Of a stretch of 32,000 nucleotides of DNA, positions 1 to 8,678 are shown piece by piece. Numbering within the stretch: position 1 is the first letter of the stretch; the number at the start of each line of letters is the position of its first letter. Below the pieces are notes generated by a model. That model was given only the letters and a program-made list of their open reading frames with translations, was not told where the DNA came from and made no database searches. This DNA comes from an uncultured Erysipelotrichaceae bacterium (GTDB lineage: Bacteria; Bacillota_I; Bacilli_A; Erysipelotrichales; Erysipelotrichaceae): positions 1,680,001-1,712,000 of the forward strand of contig OW818668.1 of the NCBI GenBank assembly GCA_942493105.1, given 5' to 3'. Position numbers and translations under genes: made by a program.

Positions 1-1165
1 CGATGATGGTGACCATCAACATAGTTGAGAAGCCTTTAACTGGACCTGTACCAAAGATATACATGATGACCGCAGCTATAAAGGTCGTTGATTGAGAATC
101 TACAATGGTGACCCATGATAAATTATGACCTTCAGTAAATGACTTCTTAACAGAACGACCCAAATACAATTCATCCCGAATTCTTTCAAAGGTCAAAATA
201 TTCGCATCGACGGTCATCCCAACACCCATGACCAATGCGGCAATACCTGGTAAAGTATACACACCACCAATCGAGTTATAGATGAGAATTACGATAAATA
301 CATATAGGATCAGCATCAAAGCTGAAATCAAACCAGGTAAAGCATACATGAAGATCATAAATACGGCTACGCTCAAGACCCCAACGACACCTGCAATTGC
401 AGTTGTCTTAAATGAATCTATCCCGAATTCAGCACTGACTTCATTAGAATAAAGTTCAGTCATTTTAACCGGTAACGAACCTGAATTGATCAAGTTGGAA
501 AGTTGACGTGCATAAACTTCAGTAAAACTGCCTTTGATGACCGCATCTCCAGAAATTGCGCTTTCAACTGAAGCTGCAGAAATAAATTTAGGTTCTGCTT
601 TGGCTTTTTCAGTTGCGTATTTATCGGTCGCAGGATTAAAATCCAACCATGTGACCATGGTATTGTCTGTCATTTTTGAAACAGCCAATGTTATTTCTTT
701 AAATTTAGCTTTGTCTTTGATTTTTAAAGACACGACAACGACGCCGTTTTCATAGGCTAAAGAAGCCCCACCTTCTTCAAGAATGGTCGCATCTGCCAGC
801 AGTTTATCGTTGACATCCCTAAAAGTAAGGTTTGCTGTCGTTGATATCAATTTTCGAGCTTCATCTTGATTGGTGATCCCTGCCAATTGGATACGGATCC
901 GATTGTCACCTTCTACGATGATGTCTGGTTCATTGACCCCAATGATATCAATTCTCTTACGAATACTGGCAACAACAGCCGATACATCCGGTAAAGTCCC
1001 GCCTTCAACCAATGGGCTAACTTCATAAACGATCTCAAAACCGCCTTGAAGATCAAGTCCCAATGTCATATTGTCAGCGACATCCTTAGCGAAGAGTCCT
1101 ACCATCGTCAAGACTGCCAATACAGTCACCGCAAAGATGACCAATCTGCTCTTTTTTCTTTTCAT
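1..1165 (-). CDS. secD: Protein translocase subunit SecD (or SecDF fusion), N-terminal part. The 3' end lies beyond the window start.
   Basis: Hand translation from the ATG at 1165-1163 gives MKRKKSRLVIFAVTVLAVLTMVGLFAKDVADNMTLGLDLQGGFEIVYEV..., a signal-anchor followed by the LGLDLxGG SecD motif. At the window edge the same frame reads ...PVKGFSTMLMVTII, a SecD transmembrane motif. The parts I hand-translated (both ends) carry no stop, and the frame appears open to position 1, which would explain its absence from the ORF track. A GGAGG sits 7 nt upstream of the ATG. Confidence 0.85.
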   Translation of the reverse strand, partial: MKRKKSRLVIFAVTVLAVLTMVGLFAKDVADNMTLGLDLQGGFEIVYEVSPLVEGGTLPDVSAVVASIRKRIDIIGVNEPDIIVEGDNRIRIQLAGITNQDEARKLISTTANLTFRDVNDKLLADATILEEGGASLAYENGVVVVSLKIKDKAKFKEITLAVSKMTDNTMVTWLDFNPATDKYATEKAKAEPKFISAASVESAISGDAVIKGSFTEVYARQLSNLINSGSLPVKMTELYSNEVSAEFGIDSFKTTAIAGVVGVLSVAVFMIFMYALPGLISALMLILYVFIVILIYNSIGGVYTLPGIAALVMGVGMTVDANILTFERIRDELYLGRSVKKSFTEGHNLSWVTIVDSQSTTFIAAVIMYIFGTGPVKGFSTMLMVTII

Positions 1166-1168
1166 ACC

Positions 1169-1450
1169 CTATCCTCCGAATAATGTGGAAAAATCATTTA
1201 ATGTTTGATGGTGACCATCAATGACTGCTTGTGTAGAAAGAACCATAACGATTTCTTCTGCTTTTAGGCTCATGATGTCTTCAATGATCTGATGTATATG
1301 TTTAGGATAACCTTCTGACCATTTTACTTTCCAAAGGACGCTCACAAATTGATCATAACTAAGATGAGGTAATGATTCACTTTTGATCATACCCAAACGT
1401 AAAGTAATGGTCATCTTGATTTGAGTTAAAAAAACATCGTCATTTGGCAT
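1169..1450 (-). CDS. Small ComN/YrzD-like post-transcriptional regulator family protein (tentative)
   Basis: 93-aa ORF immediately upstream of secD, with its stop TAG 3 nt before the secD ATG. This mirrors the yrzD(comN)-secDF arrangement in Bacillus. The segment ...VLWKVKWSEGYPKHIHQIIEDIMSLKAEE resembles that family as I recall it. Assignment rests on synteny and a remembered motif only. Confidence 0.45.
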   Translation of the reverse strand: MPNDDVFLTQIKMTITLRLGMIKSESLPHLSYDQFVSVLWKVKWSEGYPKHIHQIIEDIMSLKAEEIVMVLSTQAVIDGHHQTLNDFSTLFGG

Positions 1451-1516
1451 ATGTTCACCAGGTCGCTGTATTATTATAAGTCATAAACTGAAATATTAAA
1501 AGCAAAATCCATTAAT

Positions 1517-2812
1517 CTAAAGTTTATGTACTAAATCCTTAAATAATCTTCCCCGCTGTTCATAATTATCAAACTGATCGTAGCTAGCACAAGCGGGTGA
1601 AAACAGGACGACATCCCCGCTTTGTGAAAGCGAATGAGCACATTTTGTGGCTTCAGTTAAGTCCTCAACAACCAGTGCATTTGGGTATAATGTTTTCAAC
1701 TGATATTTTGTTTCACCATATACGATCATCGTTTTAACTTTATCTAGAAATGGAATCAATGCATCAAAACCTGTTTTTTTATCATAACCTCCTGCCAGTA
1801 AAATGACAGGATTTTCAAATGCCTTAAGTGCAACAACAGTTGCCTCAGCATTGGTACCTTTAGAATCATTGTAGTAAGTGACACCATTTAGTGTTCTGAC
1901 ATACTCAATGCGATGTTCAACGCCTGCAAAATTACGGATGCCCTCTTGGATCAACTGTGTGCTAACACCCAATTTAATGGCCATTGCTGCAGCAACCATC
2001 GCATTTTGAACATTATGCATACCTACGAGCTTTAGATCGCTTAAATCAAACAACTTTTGATCCCACAACCAAACAGCATTGTCTTTTAAGTATAAATCTG
2101 CTTCTTTTAGTAATGAGAATTCAATGACTTTACAAGGACAATCCTTTGTATAAGAGACAATGTTTTCATCATCCATGTTTCTTAAGAACCAGTCATCACT
2201 GCTTTGATTTTTATAGACTAAAGTTTTTGTTTTATAGTATTCATCGACATCTTTAAACACATCCAAATGATCAGGAGTCAAATTCATGATGACACTGACG
2301 CTAGGATGAAAATGAACTGTACCTAAAAGTTGAAAAGCAGCGATTTCTAAGGCGACACAGAGTTTCTCGTGAGGATATTCATAAACCAAATCACTTAAAG
2401 CAACCCCAATATTCCCATAGGATCCATTATGCGGATTAAGTTGTTTTAAAAGTTCACCCAGTAAGGCCGTGGTGGTGGTTTTCCCATTGGTCCCAGTGAT
2501 GGCTCCATAACGATAATCCACTAAAGAAGATGCATATTCGATCTCATTAAGGATGGGGATATGTTTTTCTGTAAATCCTTTTAAAAAAGGCAGTGTATGA
2601 GGTATACCAGGATTCTTTATCACCAAATCAAAGTTTTCGTCCCATAAAGATAAGGGGTGTGAACCTTCGACGATCGTTAGCTGTTCATTTGTGTTATGGA
2701 ATGGATAAGTGATCAAACTACTGTCATTTAAAAAAACTTGGTGACCTTCTTTAAGTAAAAGTTTGGTCACAGAGATTCCACTACGGGCAGCCCCAAGCAC
2801 TAAAACCTTCAT
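1517..2812 (-). CDS. murD: UDP-N-acetylmuramoylalanine--D-glutamate ligase
   Basis: Starts MKVLVLGAARSGISVTKLL (Rossmann-like N-terminus) and carries the Mur ligase P-loop GITGTNGKTTTT. Start moved to the ATG at 2812, which has a GGAGG 7 nt upstream. The 18-codon extension in the ORF track overlaps mraY and has no RBS. Confidence 0.93.
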   Translation of the reverse strand: MKVLVLGAARSGISVTKLLLKEGHQVFLNDSSLITYPFHNTNEQLTIVEGSHPLSLWDENFDLVIKNPGIPHTLPFLKGFTEKHIPILNEIEYASSLVDYRYGAITGTNGKTTTTALLGELLKQLNPHNGSYGNIGVALSDLVYEYPHEKLCVALEIAAFQLLGTVHFHPSVSVIMNLTPDHLDVFKDVDEYYKTKTLVYKNQSSDDWFLRNMDDENIVSYTKDCPCKVIEFSLLKEADLYLKDNAVWLWDQKLFDLSDLKLVGMHNVQNAMVAAAMAIKLGVSTQLIQEGIRNFAGVEHRIEYVRTLNGVTYYNDSKGTNAEATVVALKAFENPVILLAGGYDKKTGFDALIPFLDKVKTMIVYGETKYQLKTLYPNALVVEDLTEATKCAHSLSQSGDVVLFSPACASYDQFDNYEQRGRLFKDLVHKL

Positions 2813-3765
2813 AGAATTCCTCCTAAGAATAAGCCAATGATCATAAAAATGGCACCAATCAACCAAAAGAGATAGACCACACGTGTTTCTTTCCAGCCAC
2901 TTAAAGTAAAACTATAATGAATTGGTGTATATTTGAACACCCTTCGTTTGAAAAGCTTCACAGAACCGATTTGAATCATGACGCATAAGGTTTCATAAAC
3001 AAAGACCGCACCAAACACAACCAGCAAGATTTCTTGTTTCAACACCATCGCAATGACAGCCAATAAAGCACCTAAAGCCAAAGAACCAGTATCGCCCATG
3101 ATGATTTTAGCCGGATGTAAATTATAAACCAAATATGCAGCCAATGAACCCATGACCAATAATATGAAATTGACTAAAGGGGTATAGGCACTTTGATAAC
3201 TTAAGGCAAAAAAACCAACCAAGGCAATTAAAACAGTACCACCTGCCAAACCATCCATTCCATCTGTAATGTTGACTCCATTACTTGCCCCAGTAAACAT
3301 AACAAAGACCAACACCATATATAACCAACCCAAATCAAGTGGATTGGCAAGAAAAGGAATCATGATGATGCTGGTTGCGAAAGAACGATAGATCAAATAA
3401 ACGATGATCGCTAAAACAAGCTGAGCCAAGAATTTATGTGTCGCCTTTAATCCATCATTATTCTTTTCAACTACGATCTTATAATCATCCCAAAATCCAA
3501 TTAATCCATAACCCAGATAGGTTAGATATACAACGCCCATTCTAAGATCTAGGAACGTTTTTGGTTGAATGAATAAAGCTAAAATGAGCGGAATCAATAC
3601 AAATAAAACTCCCCCCATCGTCGGAGTTTTCTTTTTAGTTTTAAATTGTTCAAGAGAATACACAGAGACATTCTGATGCGTATTAAGACGATCCATTTGA
3701 CGAATAAAATAAGGATAAATCAGTGCAGTAACAGAGAAACTTAAGAAAAGTGGAAGTATGTTCAT
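2809..3765 (-). CDS. mraY: Phospho-N-acetylmuramoyl-pentapeptide transferase
   Basis: 318-aa polytopic membrane protein with MraY motifs (TPTMGG, NGVNITDGMDGLA, GDTGSLALG). Located between the PBP gene and murD. Confidence 0.95.
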   Translation of the reverse strand: MNILPLFLSFSVTALIYPYFIRQMDRLNTHQNVSVYSLEQFKTKKKTPTMGGVLFVLIPLILALFIQPKTFLDLRMGVVYLTYLGYGLIGFWDDYKIVVEKNNDGLKATHKFLAQLVLAIIVYLIYRSFATSIIMIPFLANPLDLGWLYMVLVFVMFTGASNGVNITDGMDGLAGGTVLIALVGFFALSYQSAYTPLVNFILLVMGSLAAYLVYNLHPAKIIMGDTGSLALGALLAVIAMVLKQEILLVVFGAVFVYETLCVMIQIGSVKLFKRRVFKYTPIHYSFTLSGWKETRVVYLFWLIGAIFMIIGLFLGGIL

Positions 3766-3789
3766 AATGAAAATATTATAACATCAAAA

Positions 3790-5940
3790 CTATCGACTCA
3801 ACACGATAAACGTGACCTCTCCATCAATGATGTTTGAGCCAGGTGATAAAGATTGTGAACTAACATAACCCTCACCTTCAACTGATACCGATTGATTGAT
3901 CAGTCTGAAGAAAGCAAGAACGTCTTTTTTGCTCCATCCATGCATGTCTGGCATTTGCAAATGATCGTATGAACTTAATAGAATAATCCGTTGACTATTT
4001 AAAATCATGGTATCCGCTGAAGGATATTGATTGATGATGCTTTTTCCGTTGCCCATTATAATGACAGGATTCATTTGCTTCACTAAAAGTTGCTTAACGA
4101 AATCAGGACTATGATTGACGAAACTTGGTAAAACAAAGGAAGCATCAACTTCATCATCCACAGTTTCGTTGGAGAGGTTATAGAAATCGATGATTTTTAC
4201 GAGTTCTCTGATTTCACGTTCTCTTTCATTACTGTTATAGGTATCGCTTCGATACGCATAATAAACCATGATTTCAGGATCTTCATAAGGTAAGCCAATC
4301 ATGACTGAGTATATGAACTCTTTGTCTGAATATTTACCGTTATCTACCAACTGAGCAGTCCCTGATTTACAGATGATATTGACACTATCTATGGCATAGC
4401 GCAAACAAGATCCTTTTTCATAAGTAACGGCATAACGCATCAAATCCACTGTTTGATCAGCTGTTGCACTTGAAATGGGAGTTCCTACAACAACCGGTTG
4501 ATTTTGAACCAATACTTCTTTAGTATCTGGATTGATGATTCTATCCACAACATACGGTTTCATCATCTTTCCTTTATTCATGATGGCCGAATAAGCCTGA
4601 ATGAGCTGAAGCATATTCACAGATATACCTTGTCCAAAACCAACATGCAAAAGATCTGAAGTTGTTTGTATGGATTGTGTTGCGAGACTTTCAGGTTGGA
4701 TATCGGTATCCACTTTCTCAAAGAAGTGAAATTCATTTAAGTATTTTTTGAATATTTCTGGATCAAGACTTGTGGTCAATAATGAAGCGATCCCCACATT
4801 AGAAGATAGCGCATAACCCGTATCATAATTGATCATGCCGTAATTTCTATTGTTGAAATTGTTGATGATCCCAATACTATTGGCTGCCTCGTTGAGTCTA
4901 GTCAATTTACCATTTTTATATCCATACATAAAACGAGAGGAATCATATAATGCTTTCCCATTGTAGACCCCTTCTTCAATGGCAATCGCATAGGTAAAGG
5001 TCTTCATGGTTGATCCGGGTTCATATGTCATTTGTGATCCAAAGGTCATGAAATTATCTGTGATGACCTTATTAAGATCAAAATTATGATTTTGTCCAAA
5101 CGCTAATATTTTTCCCGTTTTAACTTCAATGATTGCACCCCAAGTTTGAGTTGCATTCAATAAGAGTTCGGTATCTTTCATGGTAAGTTCGAGTTGATTC
5201 TGTAAAGTTCGATCTATGGTTAATACGACGGAGTTCCCATTTTTAGCTGCTTTGATTGTTTGCTTAGAACCAGGCAAAATGTAACCTTGAGAATCTACCG
5301 TTGATATTTGATGACCATTTGTTCCTTTTAGCCAATCATCCAAACTGGATTCTAAACCCATTCTACCTTTAAGATCCATTTCTAGTGTTTGATCATCATC
5401 ATTGGCAAAGCCTAAAAGATAAGAAGCAAATGTATCTAATGGATAGGTTCTTTTTTGGGTATCGATGAAACCAAGACCGGGTAAATTCAAAGCTTCGATC
5501 TGAGCTTTTGTGGCTGAACTGAGCTGACGGCCAAAAGCACCGAATTCGGTTTGGTATTGTGCTTGATTTAAACGATCCAGGATGTATGATTTTGATGTTC
5601 CAAGAATACTTGATAGCTTTGTGGCTGTTTGATCATAGTCTGATACGTATGCTTGTTGACCATCCACTGCAGGACGAGTAGGATCAACAATGGCATAAAG
5701 GGTATAACTTACCACATCTTCCGCCAGGATATTCATATCCCGATCATAAATAGTCCCACGATTGGCATTGATGATACTGGTACTTAAGTTGATATTATTG
5801 CTGTAATCTTTGAGATCTGTTTGACTATGCATATGGTAACCAAGGATACTGACACTAAAAAGATTGGCAATGACCAAGAGGGTTACGATGCCAATGATTG
5901 AAGTACTAAACAGAAGCATGATATTGCTTCTGTTTTTCAT
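3790..5940 (-). CDS. ftsI: Class B penicillin-binding protein (FtsI/PBP2B-type transpeptidase) with a C-terminal PASTA-like domain
   Basis: N-terminal membrane anchor. Transpeptidase motifs are STMK (SxxK), SSN (SxN) and KSGTA (KTG-like). Sits in the dcw position after ftsL. Confidence 0.9.
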   Translation of the reverse strand: MKNRSNIMLLFSTSIIGIVTLLVIANLFSVSILGYHMHSQTDLKDYSNNINLSTSIINANRGTIYDRDMNILAEDVVSYTLYAIVDPTRPAVDGQQAYVSDYDQTATKLSSILGTSKSYILDRLNQAQYQTEFGAFGRQLSSATKAQIEALNLPGLGFIDTQKRTYPLDTFASYLLGFANDDDQTLEMDLKGRMGLESSLDDWLKGTNGHQISTVDSQGYILPGSKQTIKAAKNGNSVVLTIDRTLQNQLELTMKDTELLLNATQTWGAIIEVKTGKILAFGQNHNFDLNKVITDNFMTFGSQMTYEPGSTMKTFTYAIAIEEGVYNGKALYDSSRFMYGYKNGKLTRLNEAANSIGIINNFNNRNYGMINYDTGYALSSNVGIASLLTTSLDPEIFKKYLNEFHFFEKVDTDIQPESLATQSIQTTSDLLHVGFGQGISVNMLQLIQAYSAIMNKGKMMKPYVVDRIINPDTKEVLVQNQPVVVGTPISSATADQTVDLMRYAVTYEKGSCLRYAIDSVNIICKSGTAQLVDNGKYSDKEFIYSVMIGLPYEDPEIMVYYAYRSDTYNSNEREREIRELVKIIDFYNLSNETVDDEVDASFVLPSFVNHSPDFVKQLLVKQMNPVIIMGNGKSIINQYPSADTMILNSQRIILLSSYDHLQMPDMHGWSKKDVLAFFRLINQSVSVEGEGYVSSQSLSPGSNIIDGEVTFIVLSR

Positions 5941-6243
5941 TTATTCACCTGATTTGAATTTGATGACATTGTTGTTGTTTAGGCTTAGTCCAGCTTCCTT
6001 CGCAATGGCCATGACTCTTTCATAATCACTTAATCTTTGAATTTCTTTTGATAGGTTCTTATTGTCCATTTCCATTTGAATCAGTGTATTGTTTTTGTTT
6101 TGCAATTGAACACTCATTGATACATTGATTGAACGCAAGGCAACACTGGTCACTAAATAGGTCATTAAGACACACACAAAAATCAAAGCGCCTAGGGCTT
6201 GTAATTTGATTCTCTTTCTTGTCTTGGTGATGCGGATGGCCAT
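5941..6243 (-). CDS. ftsL: Cell division protein FtsL
   Basis: 100-aa bitopic protein with a basic N-terminus, one transmembrane segment (ALGALIFVCVLMTYLV) and a coiled-coil-like tail. Lies between rsmH and the PBP gene. Its start overlaps the rsmH stop (TAATG). Confidence 0.75.
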   Translation of the reverse strand: MAIRITKTRKRIKLQALGALIFVCVLMTYLVTSVALRSINVSMSVQLQNKNNTLIQMEMDNKNLSKEIQRLSDYERVMAIAKEAGLSLNNNNVIKFKSGE

Positions 6244-7166
6244 TAATCTACCTTTCTTAAAACTCTTAGTTTTGCTGAACGAGCTCTGGGATTCTCTTCT
6301 AGTTCAAGTTCTGTTGCTCTTGAATGCTTTTTATCGATTTGTTCATAATCTGCTTTCGGGGCACCCAATACTGGAAGTTTAGATGGAACGTTGACTTTAC
6401 TGACTTCACTGAATACTTTCTTTACGATGCGATCTTCTAGAGAATGAAACGTAATGACCACAAGTCTACCATCAGGATTTAGTAATGAAATCGCAGTTCT
6501 TAAAGTTCCTTCTAAGATGGATAATTCCTGATTGACTTCGATACGCAATGCTTGGAAGACTTGTTTAGCTGGATGTCCTTTTTGAGACAGTACTTTTGAA
6601 CTGAGAGCTGATTTTATGACATCAACCAACTGAAATGTCGTTTCGATCTTTTGATTGACTCTGGCCTTCTCTATGGCTCTGGCAATGGCTTTGGCATTCT
6701 TTTCTTCGCCATAACTCAGCATGATTTGAACCAGTCTTTCATAGGGATACGTGTTGATCACTAAGTAAGCATCTAATGCTTGCCTGCGATCCATACGCAT
6801 ATCTAAACGTGCATCATATCGATAACTGAACCCTCGTTCAGGATCATCAAACTGTGGGGAGGAGACCCCCAGATCCATTAAGATGCCATCGACTGAAGTG
6901 ATCGACAGATTGTTCATAATGGATTTTAGGTTGCGGAAGTTTTCGTGGACTAACGTTACTTTTTCCGCATGCTTTGTTAATATTTGAGATGCTTCTTCTA
7001 TCGCTTGAGAATCTTGATCGATTCCAATTAAACGGCCACTTGTCAATTGAGCTAAAATACCTAAGCTATGCCCTGCTCTTCCTAAAGTACAATCCACATA
7101 GATGCCATCAGGCTTGATATTGAGGCTTTCAAGCGTCTGATGATACAAAACAGGGATATGGGACAT
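6243..7166 (-). CDS. rsmH: 16S rRNA (cytosine1402-N4)-methyltransferase
   Basis: Reads MSHIPVLYHQTLESLNIKPDGIYVDCTLGRAGHS...DLGVSS...FHSLEDR, the canonical RsmH/MraW motifs. Its start overlaps the mraZ stop (TAATG). Confidence 0.95.
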   Translation of the reverse strand: MSHIPVLYHQTLESLNIKPDGIYVDCTLGRAGHSLGILAQLTSGRLIGIDQDSQAIEEASQILTKHAEKVTLVHENFRNLKSIMNNLSITSVDGILMDLGVSSPQFDDPERGFSYRYDARLDMRMDRRQALDAYLVINTYPYERLVQIMLSYGEEKNAKAIARAIEKARVNQKIETTFQLVDVIKSALSSKVLSQKGHPAKQVFQALRIEVNQELSILEGTLRTAISLLNPDGRLVVITFHSLEDRIVKKVFSEVSKVNVPSKLPVLGAPKADYEQIDKKHSRATELELEENPRARSAKLRVLRKVD

Positions 7167-7597
7167 TATTTAACAAACTCCGTCAATTCTTCAGCAACGC
7201 TTTCAAAGGCTGCACTGGCGATGGATGAATAAGCTTCCCAACGCGCAGATGACCAGATTTCAACATGATCAGCTACCCCAATCACGACACATTCTTTTTT
7301 TATGGCTGCTTCTTCAAGCAGATTTTGAGGAATCAAGATTCGACCTGCACCATCGACTTCACATTCAGCAGCTTTAGAGGTCACCATGTGGATATACATA
7401 CGGGATTCTTTCTTGGTATTGGGAAGTTTATAAAGCTGTTCAATGATGCGTTCCCATTGAGTTGGGGTATATACAGTGATACAGCCATCCAAACCTTTGG
7501 TCAGAATCAACTGATTGCCTAGTTCATCACGAAAACGTGCTGGAACGATGATTCTGCCTTTACTGTCGGTGCTGTGTCTGTATTCGCCCATGAACAT
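7166..7597 (-). CDS. mraZ: Transcriptional regulator MraZ
   Basis: Starts MFMGEYRHSTDSKGRIIVPARFRDEL and contains a second DxxxR-type SpoVT/AbrB-like repeat (VDGAGRILIPQNL). First gene of the dcw block. Confidence 0.95.
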   Translation of the reverse strand: MFMGEYRHSTDSKGRIIVPARFRDELGNQLILTKGLDGCITVYTPTQWERIIEQLYKLPNTKKESRMYIHMVTSKAAECEVDGAGRILIPQNLLEEAAIKKECVVIGVADHVEIWSSARWEAYSSIASAAFESVAEELTEFVK

Positions 7598-7604
7598 AGT
7601 TGTT

Positions 7605-7651
7605 TATCTCCCACTATCTACCACAATATGACACTATCTACCACCATTATA
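7605..7651 (-). promoter_or_regulatory. mraZ promoter -10 box plus a putative MraZ operator of four phased 10-bp GTG(G/T) repeats
   Basis: The minus strand reads TATAAT-G-GTGGTAGATA-GTGTCATATT-GTGGTAGATA-GTGGGAGATA-AACAACT-ATG(mraZ). The -10 box is at 7646-7651 and the repeats span 7605-7644. The last repeat contains the GGAG Shine-Dalgarno. Confidence 0.6.
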
Positions 7652-7661
7652 CCCTTATCAG

Positions 7662-7706
7662 ACAAAAATAAAAGAGATTTTATCAATTTTTAATAAAATC
7701 TCTTTA
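7662..7706 (-). terminator. Rho-independent terminator after the esterase gene
   Basis: The minus-strand RNA forms AAAGAGAUUUUAU-(9 nt)-AUAAAAUCUCUUU, a perfect 13-bp stem, followed by UAUUUUUG. Confidence 0.8.
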
Positions 7707-7715
7707 GTTAATGAT

Positions 7716-8480
7716 TTATTTGATCAACCAAATCAAGACTTCAAGCAAGCGTTTGGCCCAATCGGTCTCAAAATGCTTAGCACCATCAATGATTTCAACC
7801 CTTATTCCATTGTTTTCTTTTTGCGATAAAGCCTGATATATTGTTTCTTGGGATTTGAGATAACCACGATTGATCTTAGGTTTTTCAGATTCTTTGGTTC
7901 CGGAATCCATATAGAATTTGGGCAAGATCCCGCTAAATCCATCGATCTTTTTTAAGATCTGTTTTTCAGCAAACCACCATGCATTGGATAATCCAAAGGC
8001 CCCATTGATTTGATTTGAATAATCCAGTGCCGCAATCAAGGTAATGAAGCCACCCAGTGAACTTCCGCCCATATAGACTTTGGTCGTTGGATACTTTTTC
8101 TTATATTTGGGAAGCACTTCGTTCATGACGAATGCTAAGTACTGATCCCCTTTCCCTCCGCACGGTCGACTTAATCCTTCATCTTTAAAACTTCTTCGCA
8201 CAAACGGGCTATACTCATCAATACGCCCTTCAAAGCTCTCACAATTACTGATTCCTAAGACTCTTAGTTTAGGACACTTAGGATCTAACATCGTCTCTAT
8301 AAAATGCCAGGAAGCCCCATAGGCTGCTTTTTGATCATCAAACAGATTCTGTCCATCATGCATGATCAATAAAGGTCCTGCTTCATCATCTTTAAGCGTA
8401 GAGAAAAAATAGAAAGAAACCTTTCTATTTAATAAAGTACTGAATGTTGAAGTCGTCGTATATGGTTTTTTAATCCGCAT
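7716..8480 (-). CDS. Alpha/beta hydrolase, putative esterase (esterase-D/FrmB-like family)
   Basis: 254 aa. Contains LLIMHDGQNLFD and the nucleophile elbow GGSSLGG. No Shine-Dalgarno; the ATG directly abuts the T-tract of the rpmF terminator. Confidence 0.75.
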   Translation of the reverse strand: MRIKKPYTTTSTFSTLLNRKVSFYFFSTLKDDEAGPLLIMHDGQNLFDDQKAAYGASWHFIETMLDPKCPKLRVLGISNCESFEGRIDEYSPFVRRSFKDEGLSRPCGGKGDQYLAFVMNEVLPKYKKKYPTTKVYMGGSSLGGFITLIAALDYSNQINGAFGLSNAWWFAEKQILKKIDGFSGILPKFYMDSGTKESEKPKINRGYLKSQETIYQALSQKENNGIRVEIIDGAKHFETDWAKRLLEVLIWLIK

Positions 8481-8503
8481 ATAAAAAAAGCGAAAACTCG
8501 CTT
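8481..8503 (-). terminator. Rho-independent terminator of yceD-rpmF
   Basis: The minus-strand RNA reads UAAGCGA-GUUU-UCGCUU-UUUUUUAU. The 6-bp stem starts inside the rpmF stop codon and is followed by a U7 tract. Confidence 0.75.
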
Positions 8504-8666
8504 ATTTACTGAGACCTTCGTAATGTCCGCATGCAGCACATACGTGATGCGGCGCTTTGAATTCGCCACAAGATGGGCATTTTACCAAACTTGGGACCGC
8601 CAGTTTATAATGCGTTCTGCGTTTTGCTTTTCTTGTCTTGGAAACTCGTCTCTGTTGAACAGCCAT
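8502..8666 (-). CDS. rpmF: 50S ribosomal protein L32
   Basis: Not in the ORF track because it is short. Hand translation gives [54 protein letters not shown] (54 aa) with the CxxC...CxxC zinc ribbon. GGAGGTG lies 6 nt upstream. The plus-strand ORF 8523..8708 is its antisense shadow. Confidence 0.95.
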   Translation of the reverse strand: MAVQQRRVSKTRKAKRRTHYKLAVPSLVKCPSCGEFKAPHHVCAACGHYEGLSK

Positions 8667-8678
8667 GAATCACACCTC

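Noticed and set aside
2813-2866. N-terminal extensions in the ORF track: murD (to 2866), TrmH-family gene (to 16079), ileS (to 18744), divIVA (to 19440), hpf (to 20552), ppdK (to 27950) and valS (to 30620).
   Set aside because: In most cases an internal ATG is preceded by a Shine-Dalgarno at proper spacing (none is evident for the TrmH-family start), and in every case it matches the conserved family N-terminus. The extensions overlap upstream genes or leaders, or begin at non-ATG codons without an RBS.
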